DNA from: Treponema sp.
GTDB taxonomy: Bacteria; Spirochaetota; Spirochaetia; Treponematales; Treponemataceae
DNA length: 64,000 nt
Direction of reading: 5' to 3'
Assembly (NCBI GenBank): GCA_017470605.1
Contig: JAFUYH010000006.1
Location: 8,078-72,077 of the forward strand
Below, piece after piece: positions 9,495 to 18,353 of this stretch. Numbering within the stretch: the stretch's first letter is position 1; each line of letters opens with the position of its first letter. The position numbers were made by a program, and so were the translations under genes. The notes below the pieces were generated by a model. That model was not told the origin of the DNA and searched no databases. It worked only from the letters and a program-made list of their open reading frames with translations.

Positions 9495-11192
9495 ATGAAA
9501 AAACTAAGTTTTATTAAATCATCAGCACTGGCGGCTGTATTTATGGCTGGAATTCTGGCAGGATGTTCAGGAAAATCAGCAGAAGCTAAAATCATTCAAA
9601 ATGATGACGGCAGTATTTCAATCACAAAAATTGATGAAGACGGAAAAGCCGTTGCCTATAACAAAAAATATGACGGCTTTGAAAACGTAACAATTGTAAA
9701 GCTGGGACTTACATCCGGTAATAACCCTATTAAAATCAATCTTAATGATTATGCAGACAAAGATGTCCTCATGGAACTTAGCTGTGACATGAAGGTTGTA
9801 GATAGCTCAGGTGAGGCAGAACATGAAATAATCTGGCTGGTAAATGAAGTGGATGAAAATTTCCCTCAGATATACCGTGATTACATAAAATCAGATGAAT
9901 GGACTAAAGTTTCCGGACAGGCAATAATTCACATTGGAAAAAACAGACAGTTTTATCTTTCCGGGGCAGGCCTTACAAAAGAAAACATTACCGTTTATCT
10001 TAAAAATTTCCGTCTGAAACTTTCTGGAGAAGGAATTGGAAGTCAGGAAGTGGTGGAAAAAAAGTGGACTGAAGTTCCTTCATTAAAAGAGACTTATAAA
10101 GACTATTTTGACTACTTTGGTCTGGCAGTTACAAAAGAAGATTTGGACAGTTCAAAAGTGCAGGATGGTCTTAAATATCAGGCTTCAAGCACAACTATGG
10201 GAAACGAATTTAAGCCGGACTTCCTTTTTAACTGGACTCAACCTACAAAATTTGAAGACTTTACGGCAGAAAACGGAAAAACTTACAAGGTGCCTTACTG
10301 GCTTCCTGGCTTTAACAGAATGGATGCCTGCTTAAAGGAATGTAAGGAACTGGGACTTAAAATGCGCGGCCATGTTCTTGTATGGCATTCCCAGACTCCA
10401 TGGTGGTTCTTTGTAGAAGACTATGGTGAAGGCGATTACTATGTTGATGTAGATGAAATGAACGCCAGAATGGAATGGTACATCAAAACAGTAATGGAAC
10501 ACGTTGCTGAATGGGAAAAGAAAAACAATAACGGCGAACATATTGTAACAATCTGGGATGTTGTAAATGAAGTCTGCTCAGATGGAGCAACAGAATCTTC
10601 ATGGCTTAGAGGTGAAGAATCAAGCGAATGGATGAAGGTATATGAAAACGGTGACTACATTGTAAATGCCTTCCGCTATGCAAACAAATACGCACCGGCA
10701 GATGTTGAACTGGTTTACAATGATTACGGATGTTCTTCACCTCATAAACTTAAGGGAATCCTAAAGATTATTGATTCCATTCAGGCTGCCCCGGATGCAA
10801 GAATTGACGCAATGGGAATGCAGTCTCACGTAAACATGAAAACACCTGTAACAGGACCAAATTCTTTTGAAAGCGCAGTTCAGGCATTTGTAAACAAGGG
10901 ATTAAATGTTCAGATTACAGAGCTTGATATTGCAAATGGTCAGGATGCATACAGTTCAATCAGATTAAAGGCTAAGTACAACGAATTCTTTAAAATGTTT
11001 ATTGCAAACAGAAAGACTGCTGAACATAAAGGAATTGAAGGGGTAACAATCTGGGGATTGAATGATGAAGGTACATGGCTGAACAGTCAGAAGGAACACC
11101 AGGGAAATACCCAGTATCCTCTGCTGTTTAAGACACGTGACTTTATTGTAAAACCAGCCTTTTACGGAGTTCTTGAAGCCGCAGAAAACTGA
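9495..11192 (+). CDS. endo-1,4-beta-xylanase, GH10, lipoprotein with an N-terminal CBM-like beta-sandwich domain
   Basis: GHVLVWHSQTPWWFF, WDVVNEV (acid/base Glu), ITELDI (nucleophile Glu). Lipobox AGILAGCSG. Start at ATG 9495 preceded by GAGGAAG. Confidence 0.9.
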   Translation: MKKLSFIKSSALAAVFMAGILAGCSGKSAEAKIIQNDDGSISITKIDEDGKAVAYNKKYDGFENVTIVKLGLTSGNNPIKINLNDYADKDVLMELSCDMKVVDSSGEAEHEIIWLVNEVDENFPQIYRDYIKSDEWTKVSGQAIIHIGKNRQFYLSGAGLTKENITVYLKNFRLKLSGEGIGSQEVVEKKWTEVPSLKETYKDYFDYFGLAVTKEDLDSSKVQDGLKYQASSTTMGNEFKPDFLFNWTQPTKFEDFTAENGKTYKVPYWLPGFNRMDACLKECKELGLKMRGHVLVWHSQTPWWFFVEDYGEGDYYVDVDEMNARMEWYIKTVMEHVAEWEKKNNNGEHIVTIWDVVNEVCSDGATESSWLRGEESSEWMKVYENGDYIVNAFRYANKYAPADVELVYNDYGCSSPHKLKGILKIIDSIQAAPDARIDAMGMQSHVNMKTPVTGPNSFESAVQAFVNKGLNVQITELDIANGQDAYSSIRLKAKYNEFFKMFIANRKTAEHKGIEGVTIWGLNDEGTWLNSQKEHQGNTQYPLLFKTRDFIVKPAFYGVLEAAEN

Positions 11193-11199
11193 TTTTTTA

Positions 11200-13338
11200 C
11201 TATTTTGCTTTGCGAACAAATACAGGAATATAATCCAAAGGTGCTTTTGCTATAATAGTCTGAGCACCTTTGTATTCTTTTCCGCTGGCACTCCATCCTG
11301 AATCATAGACAAGTTCTACCCATTTCTGACCTTCTGCAAGCGGCGGAAGATAAACGCTTCTTTCCCGCGCTCCCGCAACCGTTACAGGACAGACTAAATA
11401 TCTGCTTCCAAACATATATTCGTCTTCAATTTCCCAGGATTTCTGGTCATCAGAAAAATCATAGAAGAGAGGACGGATTACAGGGGAACCTTTTGTATGG
11501 GCTTCTTCCATAACCGTATGGATGTAAGGACGCAGGGATTCCCGCAGGGCTAACTGGGCAGCAAGAATCTTATAGACTTCTGTGCCGTCTGCCATATTGC
11601 CAAAACTCCATACTTCGTTATCCTGGCCGCTTTCCATCTGCTTAATCTGATGGCCTCGCACCTGATGAAAGTCGTCTCCGGCTGCCTGAGCCTTAAAAGG
11701 CGACCGCTCTCCATGCAGACGCATTACAGGGCAGAAAACACCCCACTGGAACCAGCGCACTAAAAGCTCGCGGAAGGAATCGTCTTTTATGTCACCGCCC
11801 AAAAAGCCGCCGATGTCCGTAGTCCACCATGGGATTCCGGCAATGGCCATGCTAAGCCCTGCCTGAATCTGGTTACGGAAGGAGCGGAAATCTGAATGAA
11901 CGTCCCCGCTCCAGACAACTGCCCCGAATTTCTGGGAGCCTGCCCAGGCACAGCGGACAAGGCTCAAAGGCTGAGCAACACCTTCTTTCTTTAGGCCGTC
12001 ATAAAATCCTTTTGCATAATAATATGGATAGATGTTTGAACATTCCATTGCAGGCCCGATGTGATATTTGTAGTGTTCAAATTCATAAAGTCCGTATTCA
12101 GGTTCGGCTTCGTCCAGCCAGAAAAGCTGAATGCCTTTCTTAAAATAGTTTTCCTTGCATTTGTTCCACACGTATTCGCGGGTTGCAGGATTTGTAGTAT
12201 CAAAAAAGACTGTGTTTCCCATCCAGTCCATGTTAAAGCCGTCTTTTTTATCAAAAGAAATCAAAAGACCAGACTGAGCCATTTCTTCAAAGTTCTCGCT
12301 GCGCTCGTCTACGGTTGGCCAGACGCTAACCATAAGGCGGGTGCCCAATTCGCTAAGTTCGCGAACCATAGCATCCGGATCCGGCCAGTCTTTTGGATCA
12401 AATTTAAAATCACCCTGACAGGTCCAGTGGAAAAAGTCTATGACGATGACAGAAAGAGGAATTTTCCGGCGGTGGTATTCGCGGGCAACATTTAAAACTT
12501 CTTCCTGAGTGCGGTAACGAAGCTTACACTGCCAGAAGCCGCTTGCAAATTCCGGCATAAGGGGTGTGCGACCTGTTACGGCAGTGTAGTTTTCTTCTAT
12601 TTCTGCAGGACTTCCGCAGGTTACCCAATAGTCAATTTTCTGGGTTTCTTCTGCAGTCCAGATTGTGCCGTTTGTTCCAAAAACCGCAGTTCCAACTGCA
12701 GGATTGTTCCACAAAAAGCCGTAACCGCGGCTTGATAACACAAAAGGCACGCTTGCCTGACTGTTTTTTTGCGAAAGCTCCCAGATTCCGCCTTTTTTGT
12801 TCAGGTGAGAATCCTGATACTGCCCCATTCCAAAAAGTTTTTCGTCATCATAGGCTTCAAAGCGAACCTGGGCTTTATAACTGAACTTGCCGGCATTTGG
12901 CTTTAGTTCCCTGGCATTGTGATTTGTAGGCACGCAGAAGCGGTCTATGCGCCAGCGGTTACGCCACTGCTCTTCAAAAAGAAGTTCTGCTTCTGACGAA
13001 CTGCCCTCGCCGTCACGCCGCCAGAAAGAAATCCAGCCTTCGTGATTTACCCTTACCAACAAACGACCGTTAGTTAGTTCAGCAATCTGACCGCTGCTGG
13101 CGGGCACGCCTTCAAAATGTGCCGCCCAGGGGTAAGTGGTGTCTACCTCGCAAATGGAAATTTTGCAGGAAGTTGGGGGCGTTGCGGGGGTGTCCCCCGC
13201 CTCTAATGCCCAGTCATTTTTATCCATGGCCCGCGCCGCAGTCATCCGCACGCGCACAGAATCTTTTCCCCACGGTTCAATCCAAAGGGTGCCAAATCCA
13301 TCTTTTATAATAAGTCTGTTTTTTTCCTGTGTAATCAT
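11200..13338 (-). CDS. glycoside hydrolase family 31 (alpha-xylosidase/alpha-glucosidase-like)
   Basis: IDFFHWTCQGDFKFDPKDWPDPDAMV, FWLDEAEPE, GIPWWTTDIGGF. Start taken as ATG 13338 (MITQEKNRL...); the track start 13377 is TTG. Confidence 0.8.
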   Translation of the reverse strand: MITQEKNRLIIKDGFGTLWIEPWGKDSVRVRMTAARAMDKNDWALEAGDTPATPPTSCKISICEVDTTYPWAAHFEGVPASSGQIAELTNGRLLVRVNHEGWISFWRRDGEGSSSEAELLFEEQWRNRWRIDRFCVPTNHNARELKPNAGKFSYKAQVRFEAYDDEKLFGMGQYQDSHLNKKGGIWELSQKNSQASVPFVLSSRGYGFLWNNPAVGTAVFGTNGTIWTAEETQKIDYWVTCGSPAEIEENYTAVTGRTPLMPEFASGFWQCKLRYRTQEEVLNVAREYHRRKIPLSVIVIDFFHWTCQGDFKFDPKDWPDPDAMVRELSELGTRLMVSVWPTVDERSENFEEMAQSGLLISFDKKDGFNMDWMGNTVFFDTTNPATREYVWNKCKENYFKKGIQLFWLDEAEPEYGLYEFEHYKYHIGPAMECSNIYPYYYAKGFYDGLKKEGVAQPLSLVRCAWAGSQKFGAVVWSGDVHSDFRSFRNQIQAGLSMAIAGIPWWTTDIGGFLGGDIKDDSFRELLVRWFQWGVFCPVMRLHGERSPFKAQAAGDDFHQVRGHQIKQMESGQDNEVWSFGNMADGTEVYKILAAQLALRESLRPYIHTVMEEAHTKGSPVIRPLFYDFSDDQKSWEIEDEYMFGSRYLVCPVTVAGARERSVYLPPLAEGQKWVELVYDSGWSASGKEYKGAQTIIAKAPLDYIPVFVRKAK

Positions 13339-13450
13339 GATTTTATTGTAAAAGGGAAAGGCTCTTACCGTCAACAAGCCTTTTTATAACTGAAGAAAAA
13401 TTTCTAAAGAAAATTCTTTTTTCTGCCGATAAAGGTTATAGGGAGCAAAT

Positions 13451-14437
13451 ATGAAAAAGACTTTGTTTTTCAAAATTGGCATTAGTACGGCAGCCTTGCT
13501 TGTTGTTTTTTCTCTTATAGTTTCAAGCTGCAATTTTAAATTTGGTGATCCAAGTCTGCTTACAGAACCAACTGTAGACTATTCATCTTCAATTCTTACA
13601 ATCAGTATTCCACGTCAGAGCAAGTCTACAAAATACATCAATATCTACAGACAGGATTTAACCGGCAAAAAATCTGCTGATTATGATGAAGCGGAAATTT
13701 TAAGCATAGGCGTTATTTTTCCTTCTAACCTGAAATCAGGCGGAAGTACATATCAGTTTCAGGACACAATGGTCTGCTATAATCACATTTACAGATATAG
13801 CGTACGCTATTGCGAAAAGAAGGGTTTTTATTATTCCGAATGGTCTAATACAATTGAAGTTGATAACAAATCTACCTTTGCAGAAGAACTGGAAGATTCA
13901 GATTTAACCTACTCAATTAAAGATGCAATGTTTTATTATGATATAACAGATGATTCCTTTACTCTGTCTGGAAGTGTAATTCCGCCAGAAGCATATCCGA
14001 ATTTTGCTGATTATTTTGACCCAGCCCTTCTTGTTGAATATGAAGATGACGCAAAAGTTTTCCAGCTTCCTAATTCAGTCATCAGTAAAATTAAAGAAGG
14101 CTCTTCTGATGAAGTAAAATTTTCTATTAAAAACATTATTTCTTCAGATTTTTATGATAAGGAAATTACAATAAAAGGCATTCTTGGCCAGCATAAACAG
14201 ACTGCCAGTGAGTCGGTTTCTGAAACAGAAAGCACAGAGACATCTACTGACGCTACAGAGTCTGAAGAAAGCGAAAGCAGTCAGACAAATACAGAAGATT
14301 TGGAAGAACCGATTCAGCGTATCATCTGGACAAAACCAGTAAGCATTCCTATAAGCCAGTCTCCAACTGCTACCATTACAATTCCATCTGGAACAGCTAC
14401 AGACGGATTTGATTATTCAAGAAGCCTTTCAAAATGA
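13451..14437 (+). CDS. hypothetical lipoprotein with a Ser/Thr/Glu-rich acidic segment
   Basis: Lipobox IVSSCNF and GGGAG RBS. Beta-rich N-terminal part (YINIYRQD, YRYSVRY); low-complexity SESVSETESTETSTDATESEESESS. Confidence 0.5.
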   Translation: MKKTLFFKIGISTAALLVVFSLIVSSCNFKFGDPSLLTEPTVDYSSSILTISIPRQSKSTKYINIYRQDLTGKKSADYDEAEILSIGVIFPSNLKSGGSTYQFQDTMVCYNHIYRYSVRYCEKKGFYYSEWSNTIEVDNKSTFAEELEDSDLTYSIKDAMFYYDITDDSFTLSGSVIPPEAYPNFADYFDPALLVEYEDDAKVFQLPNSVISKIKEGSSDEVKFSIKNIISSDFYDKEITIKGILGQHKQTASESVSETESTETSTDATESEESESSQTNTEDLEEPIQRIIWTKPVSIPISQSPTATITIPSGTATDGFDYSRSLSK

Positions 14438-14490
14438 CAATGTCAAAATGACAATTGAACAAATTTTGAGAAAATGTTAAGTTAAAGCCC

Positions 14491-15666
14491 ATGAATACGC
14501 TGGTTGCACTGTGCGCTGTGGGCGCAGAAAAAATTCTTGGGAATGAAATTAAACACCTCGGATATAAACTTGCCGGAAACGCTCCCGGCAGGGTTTCTTT
14601 TTTGGGCGATGATGATGCCCTTTTCCGCTCAAACCTCTGCCTTAGAACAGCAGACCGCGTTTACCTTCAGCTTGCTTCTTATTCTGCATTAGATTTTGAC
14701 CAGCTTTACGACGGAACTTATTCTATTGCATGGCAGGATTTTTTAAACAAGGATTCCCGCATTGTTGTAGATAAAGTCCGCACTTACAAAAGCAAGCTTA
14801 ATTCGGAACATTCAGTACAGGGAATTGTTCACAAGGCCATTTATTCAAAACTTGGTGACATCTGGCACATGGCCAGCCTGCCGGAAAGCGGAGAAGAAAG
14901 CGACATTCGCGTTTATGTGGATGAAAATCAGGTTCTTATCCTGCTAGACTTATCCGGTCTGCCCCTGCACAAAAGAGGATACAGAACGGATGGGGGTATT
15001 GCCCCGCTTCGCGAAACCACAGCCGCAATTCTTTTGCAGGAAATGATGTGGAGGCGCAAAACTCCTCTTCACGACCCTTTCTGCGGTTCTGGAACCATTG
15101 CCATAGAAGCAAGCCTTTACGCTTACAATGTTGCCCCAGGTTTTGGCCGCCGCTTTGCCCTGGAAAATCTTCCATTTTTTAATGCAGAACGCGCGCTGGA
15201 AATCCGCCAGAAAGAAGCCGAACAGATTCGCACGGATGTAGAAGTCCGTATTACAGGTTCTGACATAGATGCCGCTGCCGTAGAACGCGCCCGCAAGAAT
15301 GCAGAATATGCCTGCGTTATGGCCGGCCGCGCCCTTAAAACTATCGGAATCAGCAGGCACGTGCCCCGCCCGGACTTTGTGCAGTCAGATTTTGCAGACC
15401 TTGCCGCCCCTTACGAAAACGGACTTCTTTTGTGCAACCCGCCTTACGGAGAGCGGCTTGGAGACGACGAGCAGGCCTGCGAACTTTACCGCAACATGGA
15501 CAGCCTCTGGTCGGAATTCCCAAATTGGGATATTGGCGTAATTACTTCTAACGAACACTTTCAGGAAAGTTTTGGTCACAAAACCAGCCGAATCAAAAAA
15601 CTAAAGGCCGGAAACCTTGATACAAGTTTCTATGTTTATACCAGAATAAAAAAGCAGGAAAAATAA
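14491..15666 (+). CDS. THUMP-domain class I SAM-dependent RNA methyltransferase (RlmL/UPF0020-like)
   Basis: SAM motif I DPFCGSGTI and motif IV LLCNPPYGERLG; N-terminal THUMP-like region. Confidence 0.8.
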   Translation: MNTLVALCAVGAEKILGNEIKHLGYKLAGNAPGRVSFLGDDDALFRSNLCLRTADRVYLQLASYSALDFDQLYDGTYSIAWQDFLNKDSRIVVDKVRTYKSKLNSEHSVQGIVHKAIYSKLGDIWHMASLPESGEESDIRVYVDENQVLILLDLSGLPLHKRGYRTDGGIAPLRETTAAILLQEMMWRRKTPLHDPFCGSGTIAIEASLYAYNVAPGFGRRFALENLPFFNAERALEIRQKEAEQIRTDVEVRITGSDIDAAAVERARKNAEYACVMAGRALKTIGISRHVPRPDFVQSDFADLAAPYENGLLLCNPPYGERLGDDEQACELYRNMDSLWSEFPNWDIGVITSNEHFQESFGHKTSRIKKLKAGNLDTSFYVYTRIKKQEK

Positions 15667-16260
15667 ATGGCTATCATAGTTGAGCACGACAAGCGCAAGC
15701 AGGAAATTTTACAGAAGTCACTGGATGTCTTCATAGAAGAAGGCTACGAAGATGCAACTTTTCAGAAAATTGCAGACCGCTGCGGCATTACCCGTACAAC
15801 CCTTTACATCTACTTTAAAAATAAGCATGAAATTTTTTTGGGAAGCATAAAAGAACTGCTTTCTGAACTGGAAGTTTCCCTAAAAGACGTTATCAGCGAC
15901 AAGTCAAAAAGCTCTGCAGAAAAACTGCGCTTTATCTTAAAAACAATAACAGAACGCTGTGAAGAAAATTCCAAACTTTTCAGCGTTCTTTTGAACTACC
16001 TTATGCAGCTCAAAAAATCCGGAGTAGATACAAACAGCAGGGTACGCCGCCGTGTAATAAAAATGCATCATATTCTGGTTACAATCATAATTCAGGGAAT
16101 CAGAAGTGGTGAATTTAAGGACGGAAACGTAAAGATAATGGAAGAAAGCCTTTACGCACTGATTGAGTCTGCCATTTTCCGCATTGCAGTACTGAATCAG
16201 TCTGACCTTACAGGAATTCAGGCAAGCATGAACCGCACTGTAGATTCCTTCCTGGCTTAA
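15667..16260 (+). CDS. TetR/AcrR family transcriptional regulator
   Basis: HTH ATFQKIADRCGITRTTLYIYFKNKHEIF. The ATG directly follows the stop of the upstream gene. Confidence 0.85.
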   Translation: MAIIVEHDKRKQEILQKSLDVFIEEGYEDATFQKIADRCGITRTTLYIYFKNKHEIFLGSIKELLSELEVSLKDVISDKSKSSAEKLRFILKTITERCEENSKLFSVLLNYLMQLKKSGVDTNSRVRRRVIKMHHILVTIIIQGIRSGEFKDGNVKIMEESLYALIESAIFRIAVLNQSDLTGIQASMNRTVDSFLA

Positions 16261-16364
16261 TTCATACCAAACTCTAAAAATCATCATTTTTTATCAAATA
16301 TTATAAGTATAGTCATTTAAAAAGGTAATAATACTTACAGGCCGGGTGATGCTATACTGTATTT

Positions 16365-17486
16365 ATGAAAATCAGAAAGTTATACTCGGCAATAATTTTA
16401 AGTTCAGCCCTTATCTCATTATCATTGATTTCCGGTTGCAAAAAAAATCTTTCATCAGTTGAATTCACAAAACAGTTAGGCTTAGGCTACAACTGGGGTA
16501 ATACAATGGAAGCCTGGGGAACAGGCCAGATGGAAACCGGATGGGGAGCCCCGATTTCTACAAAAGAAATGTTTGAAGACTTAAAAGCACGCGGGATAGA
16601 CACAATACGCGTACCGGTTGCATGGTCTTTTAGAATGGAAGATAACAACAGAATTTACGAACCGCTTGCAAAACGCGTAAACGAAATTGTTGACATGGCG
16701 TTAGACAGCGGAATGTACGTTATTCTGAACATTCACTGGGACGGCGGCTGGATAAACGACCCTAACTACGGTTTTACCCGCAACTGGGATAAGTGTATGA
16801 AAAAATACACTGATATCTGGACTCAGATTTGCGAACGCTACGAGGATTATGACAATCACCTGATTTTTGAATCACTGAATGAAGAAGGTGCATTTGATAA
16901 CGTCTGGAACCGCTATTCTGCAAGCCGCGGGCCTAACACAAAAACTGCCTATGATATTCTGAATAAAATTAATCAGCAGTTTGTTGATATTGTCCGCTCT
17001 TCCGGCTCAAACAATGCAGACCGCTACCTTTTGATTGCAGGTTACGGTACAGATATTGATTTAACAACTGAACCTGAATTTGTAATGCCTGTAGACAAGA
17101 AAAAGCACTGCATGATTTCTGTTCACTACTACACTCCTTCTACTTTTGCAATCCTCACAGAAAATGCTTCTTGGGGTAAAAATCGCCGCACATGGGGAAC
17201 AGAAGACGATATTAAAGAATTGCAGAGAAATATGAATAAAATGAAAACCTATTTCCATGATAATGGAATTGGCGTAATTATTGGCGAATACGGCTGCCCT
17301 GTTGTAAACAAGGAGCCTGAAAGCGTCCGTAAATATCTTACAGAAGTTGCAACTACTGCTTATGATTTGGGCTTCTGCCCGGTTTTGTGGGGCGGTTCTG
17401 TAGATATTTATTCAAGAAGGAATCTGAGCTTTGATGACCCTGCCATAGGAGAGATGTACCTGGCACTGTCAAAAAAGGCTAGATAA
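16365..17486 (+). CDS. GH5 endoglucanase/glycanase, lipoprotein
   Basis: GLGYNWGNTMEA, IRVPVAW, LIFESLNEEG (acid/base Glu), VIIGEYGC (nucleophile Glu). Lipobox LISGCKK. Confidence 0.8.
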   Translation: MKIRKLYSAIILSSALISLSLISGCKKNLSSVEFTKQLGLGYNWGNTMEAWGTGQMETGWGAPISTKEMFEDLKARGIDTIRVPVAWSFRMEDNNRIYEPLAKRVNEIVDMALDSGMYVILNIHWDGGWINDPNYGFTRNWDKCMKKYTDIWTQICERYEDYDNHLIFESLNEEGAFDNVWNRYSASRGPNTKTAYDILNKINQQFVDIVRSSGSNNADRYLLIAGYGTDIDLTTEPEFVMPVDKKKHCMISVHYYTPSTFAILTENASWGKNRRTWGTEDDIKELQRNMNKMKTYFHDNGIGVIIGEYGCPVVNKEPESVRKYLTEVATTAYDLGFCPVLWGGSVDIYSRRNLSFDDPAIGEMYLALSKKAR

Positions 17487-17522
17487 TATTTTTATAAAAG
17501 TCTTTCATACAGGAGGAAAGAT

Positions 17523-18194
17523 ATGAAAAAAATCGCATTAACTATTGCCGCTATGGCTTTGGTATTTGCAAGCGTTTCTTGTACAAAGAAACAGGCTGCT
17601 GCAACAAATGAAATGCCAGCAGATTTGGCTATGTTCCAGACAGAAGAAAGTGACGGCCCGACATGGGAAGCAACTGGTGACAAGCTTACTGGTGATTCAT
17701 GCAATACTCTTGCAGCAGACACTGGCGTAGCAGTTTCTATCGTTGTAGACAAAGACTTGTCTAAAGACGGTATTGAAGTTAAGGGTGCTGATGTAGAAGT
17801 TGTTGAATACCTTGGTGAAAAGTGCCTTAAAGTTACTGCTAACTACAACCCAGAAATCCGCGTTTCTTTCGCTTTTGAAAAGCCTGTTACTCTTGAAGCA
17901 TTCTCTAAGATTAAGTTTGATGTAGCTGCCGGCTCTGATGACGGAAACGGTGGTTTTGGTGTTTATAACTGCGGTATTATGTATGCAGACGGACGCCCAG
18001 AAGGCGGAGAATATCCATTGGCATTCTTCGGAACAGACTGTTCTTCTTCTGAATGGCTCGGTGGAGAATGGGACCTTGTAACAGAAGGTCAGTGGGGTTC
18101 TTCAGTTGATAAGACCCGCCCAGTTCAGGCTATTCAGTTCTGGTCTGGAATCAAAGGCCCTCTCTTTATCAAGGGACTTTCTTTGGTAAAATAA
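17523..18194 (+). CDS. hypothetical lipoprotein, CBM-like beta-sandwich suspected
   Basis: Lipobox FASVSCTKK; 36 nt downstream of the GH5 gene. All-beta-looking sequence ending IQFWSGIKGPLFIKGLSLVK. Confidence 0.45.
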   Translation: MKKIALTIAAMALVFASVSCTKKQAAATNEMPADLAMFQTEESDGPTWEATGDKLTGDSCNTLAADTGVAVSIVVDKDLSKDGIEVKGADVEVVEYLGEKCLKVTANYNPEIRVSFAFEKPVTLEAFSKIKFDVAAGSDDGNGGFGVYNCGIMYADGRPEGGEYPLAFFGTDCSSSEWLGGEWDLVTEGQWGSSVDKTRPVQAIQFWSGIKGPLFIKGLSLVK

Positions 18195-18201
18195 ACTTGA
18201 A

Positions 18202-18340
18202 CGTGGTGGTTGAGCTTGTCGAAACCACCACATATAGTGTAAATGGTCATTTCGACAAGCTCAATGACCGCAGTCCCAAATCTTATTAGACATCCACTTC
18301 TAAATTGGCGAGTTTTGGACTGCTCCGCAGTTCAAAACTC
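18202..18340. repeat. cluster of three or four stem-loops (REP-like) between convergent genes
   Basis: Hairpin 1: GTGGTGGTT-GAGCTTGTCGA-AACCACCAC (18204-18231). Hairpin 2: GGTCATT-TCGACAAGCTC-AATGACC (18245-18269). Hairpin 3: GAGTTTTGGACTGC-tcc-GCAGTTCAAAACTC (18310-18340). The loop cores 18210-18223 and 18251-18264 are perfect reverse complements of each other. Confidence 0.7.
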
Positions 18341-18353
18341 GTACATGCATAAT

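Noticed and set aside
18202-18340. Possible CRISPR array (also considered for the GGTCAT repeats at 38814-38867)
   Set aside because: There are only two to four short units, in mixed orientation, without regular repeat-spacer periodicity, and no cas genes are in the window.
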